Below are positions 20,900-30,949 of a stretch of 64,000 bases of DNA, piece by piece. The position numbers were made by a program, and so were the translations under genes. Under the pieces are notes generated by a model, which did not search any database, was not told where the DNA came from, and worked only from the letters and a program-made list of their open reading frames with translations. The stretch spans positions 2,737,066-2,801,065 of the forward strand of contig NZ_CP051527.1 in NCBI RefSeq assembly GCF_050916055.1, given 5' to 3'. This DNA is from Sphingopyxis sp. (GTDB lineage: Bacteria; Pseudomonadota; Alphaproteobacteria; Sphingomonadales; Sphingomonadaceae). Every line of letters begins with the position of its first letter. Positions within the stretch are counted from its first letter, which is position 1.

Positions 20900-22039
20900 T
20901 CAGGTGCCCGGCTTGAGCACAACCTTCGTCCAACCAGCATCGCGTTCGTCGAAATGCTTGTAGGCGTCTGGTGCCTGATCAAGCGGCAGTCGGTGCGAGA
21001 TGATTTGGGCAGGATTGGCCCGGTCTTGCTCGATAAGCTTCATCAACCGCCGGTTGTAGTGCTTTACATTGCACTGGCCGGTGCCGATCTTCTGGCCCTT
21101 GAACCAGAAGTTGCCGAAGTCGAACGCCATCTTGCCTTCCTTCTGGAGATCGTCGGGCGCGTTCGGGTCTTCCGGAATGAACACGCCGACGACGCCGATT
21201 CCGCCGGTGGCCTTCGTGCTCTTGACGAGGCAGTTCATCGTGTAATTGCTCCGCTCCTTGCCGTGGCGATCGCAACACTGGTATCCGACCGCCTCGACCC
21301 CCCGGTCGGTCCCGAGGCCGCCGGTCGCGTCAAGAATCTGCTGGGCGGGATCGCCCTTCCGCATGTCGATCGGAATGGCGCCCATCGCCTCGGCCAGTTT
21401 CAGGCGGTCATCGTGAGAATCGACCACGAAGATCTGTGAGGCACCGCGAATTTCGGCTGAGTGCGCGGCCATTAAACCGACCGGACCGGCGCCGTAGATC
21501 GCGATGCTTTCGCCAGGCATGAAGCCTGACAGTTCGACGCCATGCCAACCCGTCGGGAAGATGTCGGAGAGCATGACATAGTCATCCTCCTTCTCCTCGG
21601 CGTCCTCAGGCAGCTTCAGACAATTGAAGTCCGCATAAGGAACACGCATCAACTCGGCCTGGCCACCCTGCCACGGACCCATCTCGGCAAAGCCATACGC
21701 TGCGCCGGCGGTTCCAGGGTTGGTCGTGAGGCAGAAACCCGTCAAACCCCGTTCGCAATTTTCGCAGAAACCGCAACCGACGTTGAACGGCAAGCACACG
21801 CGATCGCCCTTCTTGATACGATCTACGGCAGAGCCGACTTCGACGACCTCGCCAAGGTTTTCGTGACCGAAGACCCTGCCCTTCTCGAAGCTGGTACGGC
21901 CCTCATACATGTGAAGGTCCGACCCGCAGATATTGGTCGTGGTCAGCCGGATGATAACATCGGTCTGCTTTTCGACCTTGGGATCATCGATAGTATCGAC
22001 AGAAACATCTTTGGGCCCGTTGTACACGACAGCTTTCAC
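20900..22039 (-). CDS. Glutathione-independent formaldehyde dehydrogenase-like zinc MDR
   Basis: NICGSDLHMY, GHEN, CGFCENC...C, GGQAELMRVPYADFN, LSDIFPTG. Confidence 0.88.
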   Translation of the reverse strand: MKAVVYNGPKDVSVDTIDDPKVEKQTDVIIRLTTTNICGSDLHMYEGRTSFEKGRVFGHENLGEVVEVGSAVDRIKKGDRVCLPFNVGCGFCENCERGLTGFCLTTNPGTAGAAYGFAEMGPWQGGQAELMRVPYADFNCLKLPEDAEEKEDDYVMLSDIFPTGWHGVELSGFMPGESIAIYGAGPVGLMAAHSAEIRGASQIFVVDSHDDRLKLAEAMGAIPIDMRKGDPAQQILDATGGLGTDRGVEAVGYQCCDRHGKERSNYTMNCLVKSTKATGGIGVVGVFIPEDPNAPDDLQKEGKMAFDFGNFWFKGQKIGTGQCNVKHYNRRLMKLIEQDRANPAQIISHRLPLDQAPDAYKHFDERDAGWTKVVLKPGT

Positions 22040-22157
22040 GGATCTCTTCCTTTCGCAACTCTTCTGAACGCGTCATCAAATCTAGAGCTTGGTGTTGATC
22101 CGGTCCATCGCAACGACGGAGGACATCGCACCCATTCCAAGTGATCTCAGTTTCCTG

Positions 22158-22182
22158 AACCTTCTGCTACCTGAGAGGTTCC
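22158..22182 (-). promoter_or_regulatory. EcfG-like promoter for the FDH-pfpI operon
   Basis: Minus strand GGAAC-N16-GGTT, about 120 bp upstream of the start. Confidence 0.5.
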
Positions 22183-22497
22183 TTCCCGGAGGGCCATTCT
22201 CGGATCGATTCACGGCTGTTTTCTGAAGACTGGGCCAGAACGGGCGAATAACGCGCCAAGTTGATGTGCCCAAGAATTTCCCGCGAACAAATCGTGCCGC
22301 TACATCGCGCCACGTCAACGGCGCTTGATCAGTAAATTCAGAGGTGTGATAAGCGCAAAAGACAAGGCCATCCACTATCGCGGATGGCCTGTCGTATTCA
22401 TTTACTCATTTCTCGGTTCGGCCGGGGCATCCATTCGGGATGGAGACACGAGCCTTACACTGCAGCCAAACGGCAGCTTAGGGTGCCGACCGCTCCG

Positions 22498-22791
22498 CTA
22501 TTTCGCGGCCAGCAGGGTGAACTTGTGAATCTGCGGCGGTTCGGAAAACAGTTCGTCTGCCTTGTCCATCAGTGCGGCGGCAACCTTGCCGTCAAGATGG
22601 GCCTGGCGATCATCCTCTGTGTCGAACGTATCGAAGATCGCGTACGCACCGGGACCTTCCTCGATCGCATACCAGGTCAGAGTGCCCGGCTCAGCTTGAA
22701 CGAGCGGCAATGCCGAGGTGAGGAAATCGGCGACATCGCGCTCTTTTCCGGGCTTGGCCTTCAGTGGTACATACAGGGCAAGTTTGGGCAT
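22498..22791 (-). CDS. Antibiotic biosynthesis monooxygenase (ABM) / putative quinol monooxygenase
   Basis: LKAKPGKE...EPGT...IFDTF...AHL pattern; GAGGAG RBS. Confidence 0.85.
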   Translation of the reverse strand: MPKLALYVPLKAKPGKERDVADFLTSALPLVQAEPGTLTWYAIEEGPGAYAIFDTFDTEDDRQAHLDGKVAAALMDKADELFSEPPQIHKFTLLAAK

Positions 22792-22835
22792 AAATGACTC
22801 CTCAAGTGAAACGGACAGATATTATTCGGCAAAGT

Positions 22836-22861
22836 AACGGACGAGCAGACCGGTACGTTCC
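22836..22861 (-). promoter_or_regulatory. EcfG-like promoter for the ABM gene
   Basis: Minus strand GGAAC-N17-CGTT (consensus-perfect). Confidence 0.65.
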
Positions 22862-22902
22862 CCATGAGGCGGAGCACACGCGGCCCCGCCTCCTCGTCGA
22901 AA

Positions 22903-23643
22903 TCAGAACTCCTGTGCGGTCGGCCGGATGACGATCGCGTTGACATCGACGTCATCAGGTTGTTCGACAGCGAACGCGATAGCACGCGCCACCGATGCCG
23001 CCGGGATGGCCTGCTTGTAGAAGTCCAGCACCGTCTCGGCAGCCGTGCCGGATGTCGTGAACTTCAGATTGCTTTCGACAGCTCCAGGCTCGATTGACGT
23101 GACCCGGACCTTTTCCCCCACTTCGTGGCGCAAGCCCTCGCTGATCGCGCTGACGGCAAACTTTGTGCCGGAGTAGACCGTGCCGCCCGGTGCGAAGACC
23201 TTGATGCCCGCAACCGAGCTCAGGTTGATGATGTGACCGCTGCCCTGCTCGAGAAAACCGGGAAGGGCCGCCGCGATGCCGTAGAGCGTACCCTTCAGAT
23301 TGACGTCGATCATCTGGTCCCACTCGTCGGTATTGACCTCGGCCATCGGACGGATCGGCATGAGCCCGGCGTTGTTGATCAGCACGTCGAGGCGGCCGAA
23401 GTCGGCGACGATCGCGGCGACGACAGACTGGACCGCCGACTTGTCGGTTACGTCGAGCGCGTAACTACGTGCCGTGCCGCCGCTTGCGGCGATGTCCGCG
23501 ACGACCTCGTCGAGCCTGTCCTTGCGCCGGGCGGCGATGGCCACCTTGGCGCCGCGTTCAGCGAGAAGCCGCGCGGTTTCTGCGCCGATACCGGTGCTGC
23601 CGCCGGTGATGAGAACAACCTTGCCTTCGATACCCTTGGTCAT
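22903..23643 (-). CDS. SDR-family oxidoreductase
   Basis: TGGSTGIG, NNAG, YSGTK. Confidence 0.95.
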   Translation of the reverse strand: MTKGIEGKVVLITGGSTGIGAETARLLAERGAKVAIAARRKDRLDEVVADIAASGGTARSYALDVTDKSAVQSVVAAIVADFGRLDVLINNAGLMPIRPMAEVNTDEWDQMIDVNLKGTLYGIAAALPGFLEQGSGHIINLSSVAGIKVFAPGGTVYSGTKFAVSAISEGLRHEVGEKVRVTSIEPGAVESNLKFTTSGTAAETVLDFYKQAIPAASVARAIAFAVEQPDDVDVNAIVIRPTAQEF

Positions 23644-23719
23644 GACTGTATTCCTTCAAGTCAGTTGTTGATTTTTCGCCGGATCGCGGCCCCGCGCGAG
23701 CCCGCCCGGCCTGATGGGG

Positions 23720-24871
23720 TCACTGCGAGCGCAACAGGACGGGACCGGCGCCCACCTTGATGCGGAGCAGTTCGTAGGGCTTGCGGCGCAAGTCCCGCCC
23801 GCCGTGGAAGCCTGGCTGGCGGTGAAGCTGGTTGGCGGTGAAGTAGAGGTAGCCGTCGGTGCCGATCGACAGCGTGTCGGGCCAGCTGATGCGCGGGTCG
23901 CTGACCACCGTCGTCCAGCTGCCCTGGTCGAGCACGCGGATCGCGTTGTTCTCGTAATCGCCGGCGAACACGCGGCCGTTGTCGTCCTCGGCAATCCCGT
24001 CCGAGGCGCCTTTGCGCCCCAGGTTGCGGACCGCGCGGCCCAACCCCTCCTCGGACACCGCGGCATCGCGCAGCAGCGCCGTGGGCACCGCGTGCAGCGT
24101 GCGACCCGACAGCGGTCCATAGTAGAGCAGGCTGCCGTCGGCGCTGAGCGCAATCGCGTCGCTGGCGATCGCGACCGGCGTCGCGGGGCCGTCGGCCGGG
24201 CGGTTCATGAGCACCGCGCCGTCGACGACCGGGGTGAAGCCGCGCTCGGGGTTGGTCGTCGCATGGTTCGACAGGCGCCGGATCGCACGCCCGCTGGCGA
24301 TATCGACGACGATGATGCCGCCGACACCGGCGTTGCTGCTGTCGGTGATGTAGGCGACGCCCTCGGCGCCCTGACGCAGATCGAAGCGCACGTCGTTGAG
24401 GTAGGTCGTGGGCAGCACCACGCTGGGCGGCAGAACGATCGTCTTCACCACCCGGTTGGTTGAAAGATCGATCGCCACCAGCTTTGCACCGCCGGCCTGG
24501 GGCTGGGAGAAATTGGGCGCCGCCGTGTCGAGCACCCAGAGGCGGTTGGCGCCATCGGCCACCACGCTCTGCACCGAGATGAAATGCCCCGCCGGGTCGG
24601 CCGGATCGGGCCGGTTGGTCGCGGCGTCGGGATAAGGCACCGCCTTGCCGTCGACCAACTCGGCCACCGTGAACGGCGCGTTGTCGCCCCATTGCGGGAA
24701 GTTGACAAAAATGCGCCCGTTGGGGGCGACGGTCACGCCAGTCGGCATCGCGCCATCGAAGGTCGCGACCTGTTCGATCTGGGGCGCGGATGCACTCTCG
24801 CGGGTCGTCGAGCAGGCGGCGAGCGTTAAAGCCGCGCCCGCGGCAAGAAGCAGTTTGACGGAGATTTTCAT
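23720..24871 (-). CDS. Major royal jelly protein / yellow-family (L-dopachrome tautomerase-related) beta-propeller lipoprotein
   Basis: Lipobox LAAC; PTGVTV, SVQSV, LWVLDT, YLNDVRFD, WPDT, NQLHR. Real start at 24871. Confidence 0.88.
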   Translation of the reverse strand: MKISVKLLLAAGAALTLAACSTTRESASAPQIEQVATFDGAMPTGVTVAPNGRIFVNFPQWGDNAPFTVAELVDGKAVPYPDAATNRPDPADPAGHFISVQSVVADGANRLWVLDTAAPNFSQPQAGGAKLVAIDLSTNRVVKTIVLPPSVVLPTTYLNDVRFDLRQGAEGVAYITDSSNAGVGGIIVVDIASGRAIRRLSNHATTNPERGFTPVVDGAVLMNRPADGPATPVAIASDAIALSADGSLLYYGPLSGRTLHAVPTALLRDAAVSEEGLGRAVRNLGRKGASDGIAEDDNGRVFAGDYENNAIRVLDQGSWTTVVSDPRISWPDTLSIGTDGYLYFTANQLHRQPGFHGGRDLRRKPYELLRIKVGAGPVLLRSQ

Positions 24872-25974
24872 GGGATCATTTCCTTGAGAATGCGGCCCGC
24901 TTCCTGGGGCTCGGACCGGAGATATTGCGGGGGCGCCTTGACCGATGCGCCAAGCGCGGCGGCGGCGTGCCAGGGCCAGCGCGGATCCCACAGCGCAGCG
25001 CGGGCTATCGCTATGGCGTCGGCATGCCGGTCTTCGAGGATGCGCTCCGCCTGATGCGGATCGGTGATCATTCCGACCGCCACGACAGGCATGGCGACCG
25101 CGTCCTTGACCGTCCGCGCCAGCGGCACCTGATAGCCGGGGCCGACAGGGATCTGCTGGCGCGGGTCGAGGCCGCCGCCGGAGACGTGGATTGCCGAACA
25201 ACCGCGCCGCTCCAGCTGCTGTGCAAACAATGCGGTTTCCTCCGCCGTCCAGCCGCCTTCAACCCAGTCGGTCCCGGAAACGCGGACGGTCACCGGGCGG
25301 TCGGCCGGAAATGCTTCGCGCACGGCATCGAACACTTCGAGCGGGAACCGCATCCGGTTGTCGAGGCTGCCGCCGTAGTCGTCGCCGCGCCGGTTGGAGA
25401 TCGGCGAAAGAAACTCGTGGAGCAGATAGCCATGCGCGGCGTGGATCTGGATGGCTTCGATGCCGAGCCTGCCGGCGCGCCGGGCGGCATCCGCGAACGC
25501 CTCCCGGATGCGGGCAAGCCCTGACTCGTCCAGTTCGACAGGGGGATGGTCGTCCGGAGCGAATGGGATGGCGCTGGGTGCCACGGTCTGCCAGCCATTC
25601 TCCGCATCGGGGGCGATCTGCGTTCCGCCGTGCCACGGCTTGGCGCAGCTCGCCTTGCGGCCGGCATGGGCCAGCTGGATGATAAGCGGCATGTCCGACC
25701 AACGGCGCACACTTTCGAGCACGCTTCGCATCGCCGCTTCGGTACGGTCATCGTACAGGCCGACGTCACCGTAGGTGATGCGCCCTTCCGGGCTGACCGC
25801 GGTCGCCTCTATCGTCAGCGCGCCCGCGCCCGAGAGCGCCAACTCTCCGAGATGCATCTGGTGCCAGTCGGTCATCGCGCCGTCGACTGCCGAATACTGG
25901 CACATCGGCGCGATAACGATGCGGTTGGCGAGCCGCAGCCCGCCAACCTCAATCGTTTCGAACAATTTCGCCAT
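24868..25974 (-). CDS. NADH:flavin oxidoreductase (Old Yellow Enzyme family)
   Basis: NRIVIAPMCQYSA, QLAHAGRKAS, HAAHGYLLHEFLSP, YGGSLDNRMRF, PGYQVPLA. Confidence 0.95.
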   Translation of the reverse strand: MAKLFETIEVGGLRLANRIVIAPMCQYSAVDGAMTDWHQMHLGELALSGAGALTIEATAVSPEGRITYGDVGLYDDRTEAAMRSVLESVRRWSDMPLIIQLAHAGRKASCAKPWHGGTQIAPDAENGWQTVAPSAIPFAPDDHPPVELDESGLARIREAFADAARRAGRLGIEAIQIHAAHGYLLHEFLSPISNRRGDDYGGSLDNRMRFPLEVFDAVREAFPADRPVTVRVSGTDWVEGGWTAEETALFAQQLERRGCSAIHVSGGGLDPRQQIPVGPGYQVPLARTVKDAVAMPVVAVGMITDPHQAERILEDRHADAIAIARAALWDPRWPWHAAAALGASVKAPPQYLRSEPQEAGRILKEMIP

Positions 25975-26429
25975 CACCATTCGCCCGTGTTGGGCATGGA
26001 GGCCCAGGGTTCGACCGGAGCCTTGTGTTCGCCCTGCTGCAGCAGTTCGATCGAGATCCCGTCCGGAGAGCGGACGAACGCCATGTGCCCGTCGCGCGGG
26101 GGGCGATTGATCGTCACGCCGCCCGCCTGCAGCCGCGCGCAGATTTCGTAGATGTCGTCGACCTGATAGGCGAGATGGCCGAAGTATCGGCCCCCCGTGT
26201 ATGTCTCGGCAGGGCTGCCGTCCTCGGGCGGCCAGTTGTACGTCAGCTCGACCTCGGCATCGCCCTGCTCGCCGTCGCCGCGGAAATCCTCGTCGGCGGC
26301 AAGGTAGATCAGCGTGTAACGCCCGGCCTGGTTCTCCATGCGCCGGGTCTCCTTGAGACCCAGCAGCGTGAAGAAACGGATCGACGACTCGGGATCGGCG
26401 ACGCGCAGCATGGTGTGGAGATAGCGCAT
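25974..26429 (-). CDS. gloA: Lactoylglutathione lyase (glyoxalase I)
   Basis: YLHTMLRV, ELTYNW, GHLAY, AFVRSPDGISIELL. Confidence 0.88.
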   Translation of the reverse strand: MRYLHTMLRVADPESSIRFFTLLGLKETRRMENQAGRYTLIYLAADEDFRGDGEQGDAEVELTYNWPPEDGSPAETYTGGRYFGHLAYQVDDIYEICARLQAGGVTINRPPRDGHMAFVRSPDGISIELLQQGEHKAPVEPWASMPNTGEW

Positions 26430-26431
26430 GA

Positions 26432-27241
26432 TCAGGCGACCTTTTCCTTGAGGGCTTCCATCACGAGTTCCGCGGTGCGCGCCGCGCTGGCGGGGTTCTG
26501 ACCGGTCACCAGATTGCCGTCGCGTAGGGCGAAGGGGGCAAAATCGGGGCCGCCCTCGTGCTTGCCCCCAAGTTCCTTGAGGCGCGTTTCGAGCAGGAAC
26601 GGCACCGCCTGATCGAGGCCGACCGCGCGCTCCTCGCTGTCGGTGAAGCCCGCGACACGGCGGCCAGCCACGAGGGGCGTGCCATCGGCCTTCTTCGCCG
26701 AGACCAGCCCTGCCGGTCCATGACAGACGGCGGCGACGATCTTGCCTTCGCGGTCGAAGCGTTCGACCAGGCGGGCCAGTTCGTCGCTGCCCGGGTAATC
26801 GAACATGGTGCCGTGGCCACCGGGCAGGAACAGCGCGTCGTAGCCGCCGGGATCGATGCTGGTGAACACCGGCGTGCCGACAACCTCGGCCTTCAGGGCC
26901 TCGTCCTTCAGATAGCGCTCGACCGAAGCGTCGTTCTCGCCGTCGGCATTGACGCTGCGCTGGTCGACGGGGATGGCGCCGCCCTTGATCGAGGCAAGCG
27001 TCACCTCGGCGCCCGCATCGCGGAAGGCATAATACGGGGTGGTAAGTTCCTCGAGCCAGACACCCGTCGGTTCGGTGCCAGGGGTCATGCGGTCGGCGGA
27101 GGTGGCCACCATCAGAATGCGGGTCATCGTCAATTGTCCTGTTCCATTGATGTCGGGGACACGAGCAAACGCACCCGGCGCAGCCGCACCCGCCACAAAG
27201 ACAGCTGTGAGAGCTTTCAGCAGTTGGCGGCGATTTTTCAT
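26432..27241 (-). CDS. DJ-1/PfpI (Hsp31/glyoxalase III-like) protein; possible Tat leader; alternative start at 27127
   Basis: TGVWLEEL, LPGGHG, AVCHGP, VTGQNPAS. The in-frame extension begins MKNRRQLLK. Confidence 0.88.
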   Translation of the reverse strand: MKNRRQLLKALTAVFVAGAAAPGAFARVPDINGTGQLTMTRILMVATSADRMTPGTEPTGVWLEELTTPYYAFRDAGAEVTLASIKGGAIPVDQRSVNADGENDASVERYLKDEALKAEVVGTPVFTSIDPGGYDALFLPGGHGTMFDYPGSDELARLVERFDREGKIVAAVCHGPAGLVSAKKADGTPLVAGRRVAGFTDSEERAVGLDQAVPFLLETRLKELGGKHEGGPDFAPFALRDGNLVTGQNPASAARTAELVMEALKEKVA

Positions 27242-27312
27242 TCGATCGTGCCTTTCGGCGGCTTAGATACGCCGGGAACGGCATCATGAAATCCAGCGGG
27301 AATGGCGGACGG

Positions 27313-27330
27313 CCATAAATCCGCTTATGG
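27313..27330. promoter_or_regulatory. Dyad CCATAA-N6-TTATGG; probable LysR binding site
   Basis: Lies between the divergent LysR and DJ-1 operon starts. Confidence 0.5.
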
Positions 27331-27337
27331 AACCGCA

Positions 27338-28216
27338 ATGTCCCTCCTGCAGTTGCGCACCTTCGTCGAAGTCTACCGCCGTCGTTCACTGAGCGAGGCG
27401 GCCCGGGCAATCGGCATTACCCAACCGGCTGCGTCGCAGCACATCGCATCGCTCGAGGCGCAATTGGGCCGTCCCTTGTTTGATCGCCATTCGCGGGGTG
27501 TTCGACCAACAGCGATTGCCGACGATCTGGCGGCTTCGATCGGAAGCAGCCTCGACACGGCGGAATCGGCACTGGCCAGCGCGCGGGCCCGATCGTCGCG
27601 CATCTCGGGCACGGTCCACATCGCCGCACCGTCGGACCTGCTGGGAGAGATGATCACGCCCCGACTGGCTCCGCTGCTGGAAGCAGGGCTGGACCTGCGC
27701 CTGCATATCGGCGGGCGCGAGGCGCTTTATGCCATGCTCCTCGAAGACAGGGTGCATCTGGCTGTCACCGCCTCGAAACCCGAAGATCCGCGGCTGGCCT
27801 TCCATGCGCTGGGCGAAGAGCACCTGCGCGCCGTAGCCTCTCCCGCCGTGGCCATGCGGATTGCCGAATTGCCGCTGGTCGAAGGGCTTAATCAAACAGC
27901 CCACCTCGCCTACGATCTTGACCGGCCGCTGCTGCGAACCTGGCTCCATGCAAACCAGATCGAGCTGACTAGCCAGCCCGCCTTGACCGCGCCCGATCTG
28001 AGGGTGCTACGGTCGGGATTGTACGCGGACCTCGGCTGGACGGTACTGCCCGGCTATCTCACCCGCAGCGAACGCGCTGCCTGCACGCTGATCGAGATAC
28101 CCGCGCCGATCATGGTGCCGCTCAACGCTTTCTACCTTGTGTGGGCACGCTCATCGCTGCGACACCCGCGCGTGGCCATGGCTCGGGACGCCCTGATTGC
28201 TGCACTCCAAATATAA
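27338..28216 (+). CDS. LysR-family transcriptional regulator
   Basis: QLRTFVEVYRRRSLSEAA...TQPAASQHIASLEAQLGRPLFDR. Confidence 0.95.
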   Translation: MSLLQLRTFVEVYRRRSLSEAARAIGITQPAASQHIASLEAQLGRPLFDRHSRGVRPTAIADDLAASIGSSLDTAESALASARARSSRISGTVHIAAPSDLLGEMITPRLAPLLEAGLDLRLHIGGREALYAMLLEDRVHLAVTASKPEDPRLAFHALGEEHLRAVASPAVAMRIAELPLVEGLNQTAHLAYDLDRPLLRTWLHANQIELTSQPALTAPDLRVLRSGLYADLGWTVLPGYLTRSERAACTLIEIPAPIMVPLNAFYLVWARSSLRHPRVAMARDALIAALQI

Positions 28217-28399
28217 TTGTGGCCACGCCTGCTGGGCCGTCAGCACAATTTCGGGTCTGAACCAGTTGAGCGCTGGCGAACGAACGGCGGCTTTCGGGAT
28301 CGTCGGCGACAAGGCCGAACGGCCGGATGTGGGCGCATAGCGGCCGTAAACGATGGCTTAGCCACCCAGTGATTATTTGATATTTAGTCCGACATGGTG

Positions 28400-30295
28400 T
28401 CAACCGCGCTTGCGCCGCCCGGCGCTCTCGCGAGTTGGCCGCGCGCCCCGCATGCAAACGGGTAGCAACCGGATTTCTACGGCATCTGGCAGATGGGCTG
28501 TCACCTTGGGTATCTGGTTTACAATATCGAACAAGATTTGGAGGCGCGTGGCGCTCGCGTATCGACTCGCATTCTCCCCACCAGTCTTTTGACCGAGGAG
28601 GTCCGACCGAAATTCTTCGAACGTCTGTAGCATCTTCAGTTCAGTGCTAACCATATGCCGGCCGCTGTGGACCGCCTGTCCCGGCTTAACGAGCGTCAGA
28701 CGTTGCTTAATGTGAAGCCATACATTCTTGAAAAAGACATCCCCCAGCGCACGCCCTGTGCGACCGGGCTGAATTTCTGGAAAGAGGTACTGCTCGCCAG
28801 CTTCGTTCATGGCTTGGACATAATGCAGGAAGCCCAAGCGACGCAGCTCGTCGCAAATAGGAATCTTACGGACGCTGGTCGCGTTCTTGACGCCGCCCGC
28901 GGACGTCTTCCTGATGTTGACAAAAAAGATACCGTCTTCTTCGCCGATATCGTCGACCAAAAGCTTACAAGCTTCCTCGCGTCGCATGCCTGAATACCAG
29001 ACCAGCGGCATGACCCAATAGGCTGCGTCGTGCCAAATCGAGCCTCCCGGCGTCACGGACAAACGCTGAGGCAAATCGACGCCCGTACCGCCGGTCCATA
29101 TGCCGAGACGAAACAATTCCTCGCCCTGCGCAATCGTATAGGGGTCGCGCTCGTTGCGCTCGTCCATGTCATCCTCCTCGAGGATGAAATCCGAGAAATC
29201 AAGCGGCGCCATGGGCGTCTTTGTCGCCAGCCACGAGCACAATCTCTTGAGGTTGGCGAAATGGCGGTTGATGGTGCCTACGTCGAGTCCGATCGTGATC
29301 GAAACTTCTTCACCTTGCTCCTCTGCTTCCGCAAGACGATCGAGCGCCTCGCTGCAAATGTCCTCCAATGACATCCCTTCATGACGGGGCGACTTATGAT
29401 GCGACGACGGTAACCGGTTCAACTGGTCGTAAAGCCGGTTGAGGTCTTCTTGGCTTGTTGCTGCCAGGGCCTTGCCATTGTTCGACTTGCCGAAAAGAAA
29501 GGGCGCGGCCTTGAATTGACGCTTCTGGCTGGCACCCCAGACTTTCGGCTGCGATTTGCGCCTTTTGGGGCTCGCACCCTCGTTCAACACCGGCGCGTCG
29601 TCCCGTCCACGGGCCTTTGGTTTCAGCTCCATATATTTTTCTACCGCCTGCATCGGGCTAAGGTCGGCATAATAGTTCTGCGAATCGCTGAATGTCGACG
29701 CTGGCGCAGGCACAATGGTGCTGGCGGTCCACGCGTTTGGAGGCGCGGGGGCGGAGATCGGGGGAGGCATCGAAGTCTGGGGAGGCGCTCGCCCGAGCGC
29801 GTTCATGAGCGCCAAGCTGTGTTCGATGGCGCGAACTTCGGGGCTGTCGTAGGTTGCCGCGGCCGTCAACCGTGCCCCACACATGATCTGCCGGGCAATT
29901 TCGATGCGGTCAGCCGCTGGCTCGATGTCGAGCCGCTCCAGCAATGCCTTTGCCTCATTCAGCAAATTGCCTGGAACATCGCCGGCTTGGGAAAGCATTG
30001 CATAAAGATTGGCACGGGCCTCGTCGTCCAGCGACGGAAAGCGCTTGTCGAATGACCCGATGTAATCGATGCCCATATAGTCGTCGAAGCCATTTGCGAT
30101 GAAATCGCCGTTAAACGCTGCATAGATCGAGAGCATCTGGTGGAAGCGAGCCGTGACATTGCCCTCACCGTCCTTCTCGATCACCGCCAACTGATGCGCC
30201 AGCATGTTGCGATACCGCACCATCTCCTCTCGAAAGAGATGGTTTACCTGCTCGCTGGTCAGTCCTTCCTGCTCGATCCGTTCGTATAAGCTCAT
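28400..30295 (-). CDS. Large tyrosine recombinase/integrase, possibly N-terminally truncated
   Basis: [20 protein letters not shown] catalytic set. The upstream frame runs into IS21 sequence at ~30319. Confidence 0.82.
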   Translation of the reverse strand: MSLYERIEQEGLTSEQVNHLFREEMVRYRNMLAHQLAVIEKDGEGNVTARFHQMLSIYAAFNGDFIANGFDDYMGIDYIGSFDKRFPSLDDEARANLYAMLSQAGDVPGNLLNEAKALLERLDIEPAADRIEIARQIMCGARLTAAATYDSPEVRAIEHSLALMNALGRAPPQTSMPPPISAPAPPNAWTASTIVPAPASTFSDSQNYYADLSPMQAVEKYMELKPKARGRDDAPVLNEGASPKRRKSQPKVWGASQKRQFKAAPFLFGKSNNGKALAATSQEDLNRLYDQLNRLPSSHHKSPRHEGMSLEDICSEALDRLAEAEEQGEEVSITIGLDVGTINRHFANLKRLCSWLATKTPMAPLDFSDFILEEDDMDERNERDPYTIAQGEELFRLGIWTGGTGVDLPQRLSVTPGGSIWHDAAYWVMPLVWYSGMRREEACKLLVDDIGEEDGIFFVNIRKTSAGGVKNATSVRKIPICDELRRLGFLHYVQAMNEAGEQYLFPEIQPGRTGRALGDVFFKNVWLHIKQRLTLVKPGQAVHSGRHMVSTELKMLQTFEEFRSDLLGQKTGGENASRYASATRLQILFDIVNQIPKVTAHLPDAVEIRLLPVCMRGARPTRESAGRRKRG

Positions 30296-30318
30296 TCGCA
30301 CAACCTCGCTTCGGCTGG

Positions 30319-30813
30319 TTGGTGACACGCCTCGAAGAGGAGACCCGGATCGGCAAGGCCGGGACCCTGGCGGCGCAGCTGTCGCGGCTCGACCTGATCG
30401 TGCTCGACGAGCTTGGATATCTGCCGTTCGCACGCTCGGGAGGGCAGTTGCTGTTCCACCTCATCAGCAAGCTTTATGAGCGCACCAGCGTCATCATCAC
30501 CACGAACCTCGCGTTCGGCGAGTGGCCCACCGTCTTCGGCGATCCCAAGATGACCACGGCGCTGCTCGACCGCGTCACCCACCACTGCGATATCGTCGAG
30601 ACGGGCAACGATAGCTGGCGCTTCAAAAACCGCAGCTGACCGCCACCTTCGCCGCCTTCAAAAATCTATCTTGCGCTGCGTGCGCCTCCGGGCGGGCTAC
30701 GCCCGCCCTCCGCCGCACGCAGCGCAAGGCTCACCTCGACAAACCCCTATCATATCCGCAAGGGGGTCCTTCTTCGACGCCGATCGGGGGTCCCGTTTGA
30801 ACGCCGTTTGACA
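30319..30813 (+). mobile_element. istB: IS21-family remnant: 3' part of istB plus right end
   Basis: [14 protein letters not shown]...[13 protein letters not shown]...[10 protein letters not shown] (30319-30639). Tandem terminal repeats at 30762-30813 ending ...TTTGACA. Confidence 0.92.
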
Positions 30814-30938
30814 GCGTGAAGCTCTGCCGCCCCTCGGAAGAGGTGCTCGACCTTATCCCGGCGCGGCAGCGCGGCGCCTTCGCCAAGGAAGACGGCGAAC
30901 AGGTCGTCGACGACGCCGGCAACCGCCTGGGCGCCTGA
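30814..30938 (+). pseudogene. arsC: 3' remnant of arsenate reductase cut by IS21
   Basis: [15 protein letters not shown]...[13 protein letters not shown], the C-terminus of glutaredoxin-type ArsC, begins at the IS end. Confidence 0.8.
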
Positions 30939-30949
30939 GGAGAGATTCG

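Noticed and set aside
28655-28993. Small ORF opposite the second integrase
   Set aside because: Fully antisense to the integrase catalytic domain; no RBS or motif.
30808-30836. Hybrid promoter from the IS21 end (perfect TTGACA pointing into acr3)
   Set aside because: No plausible -10 hexamer at 16-18 bp (CCCTCG).
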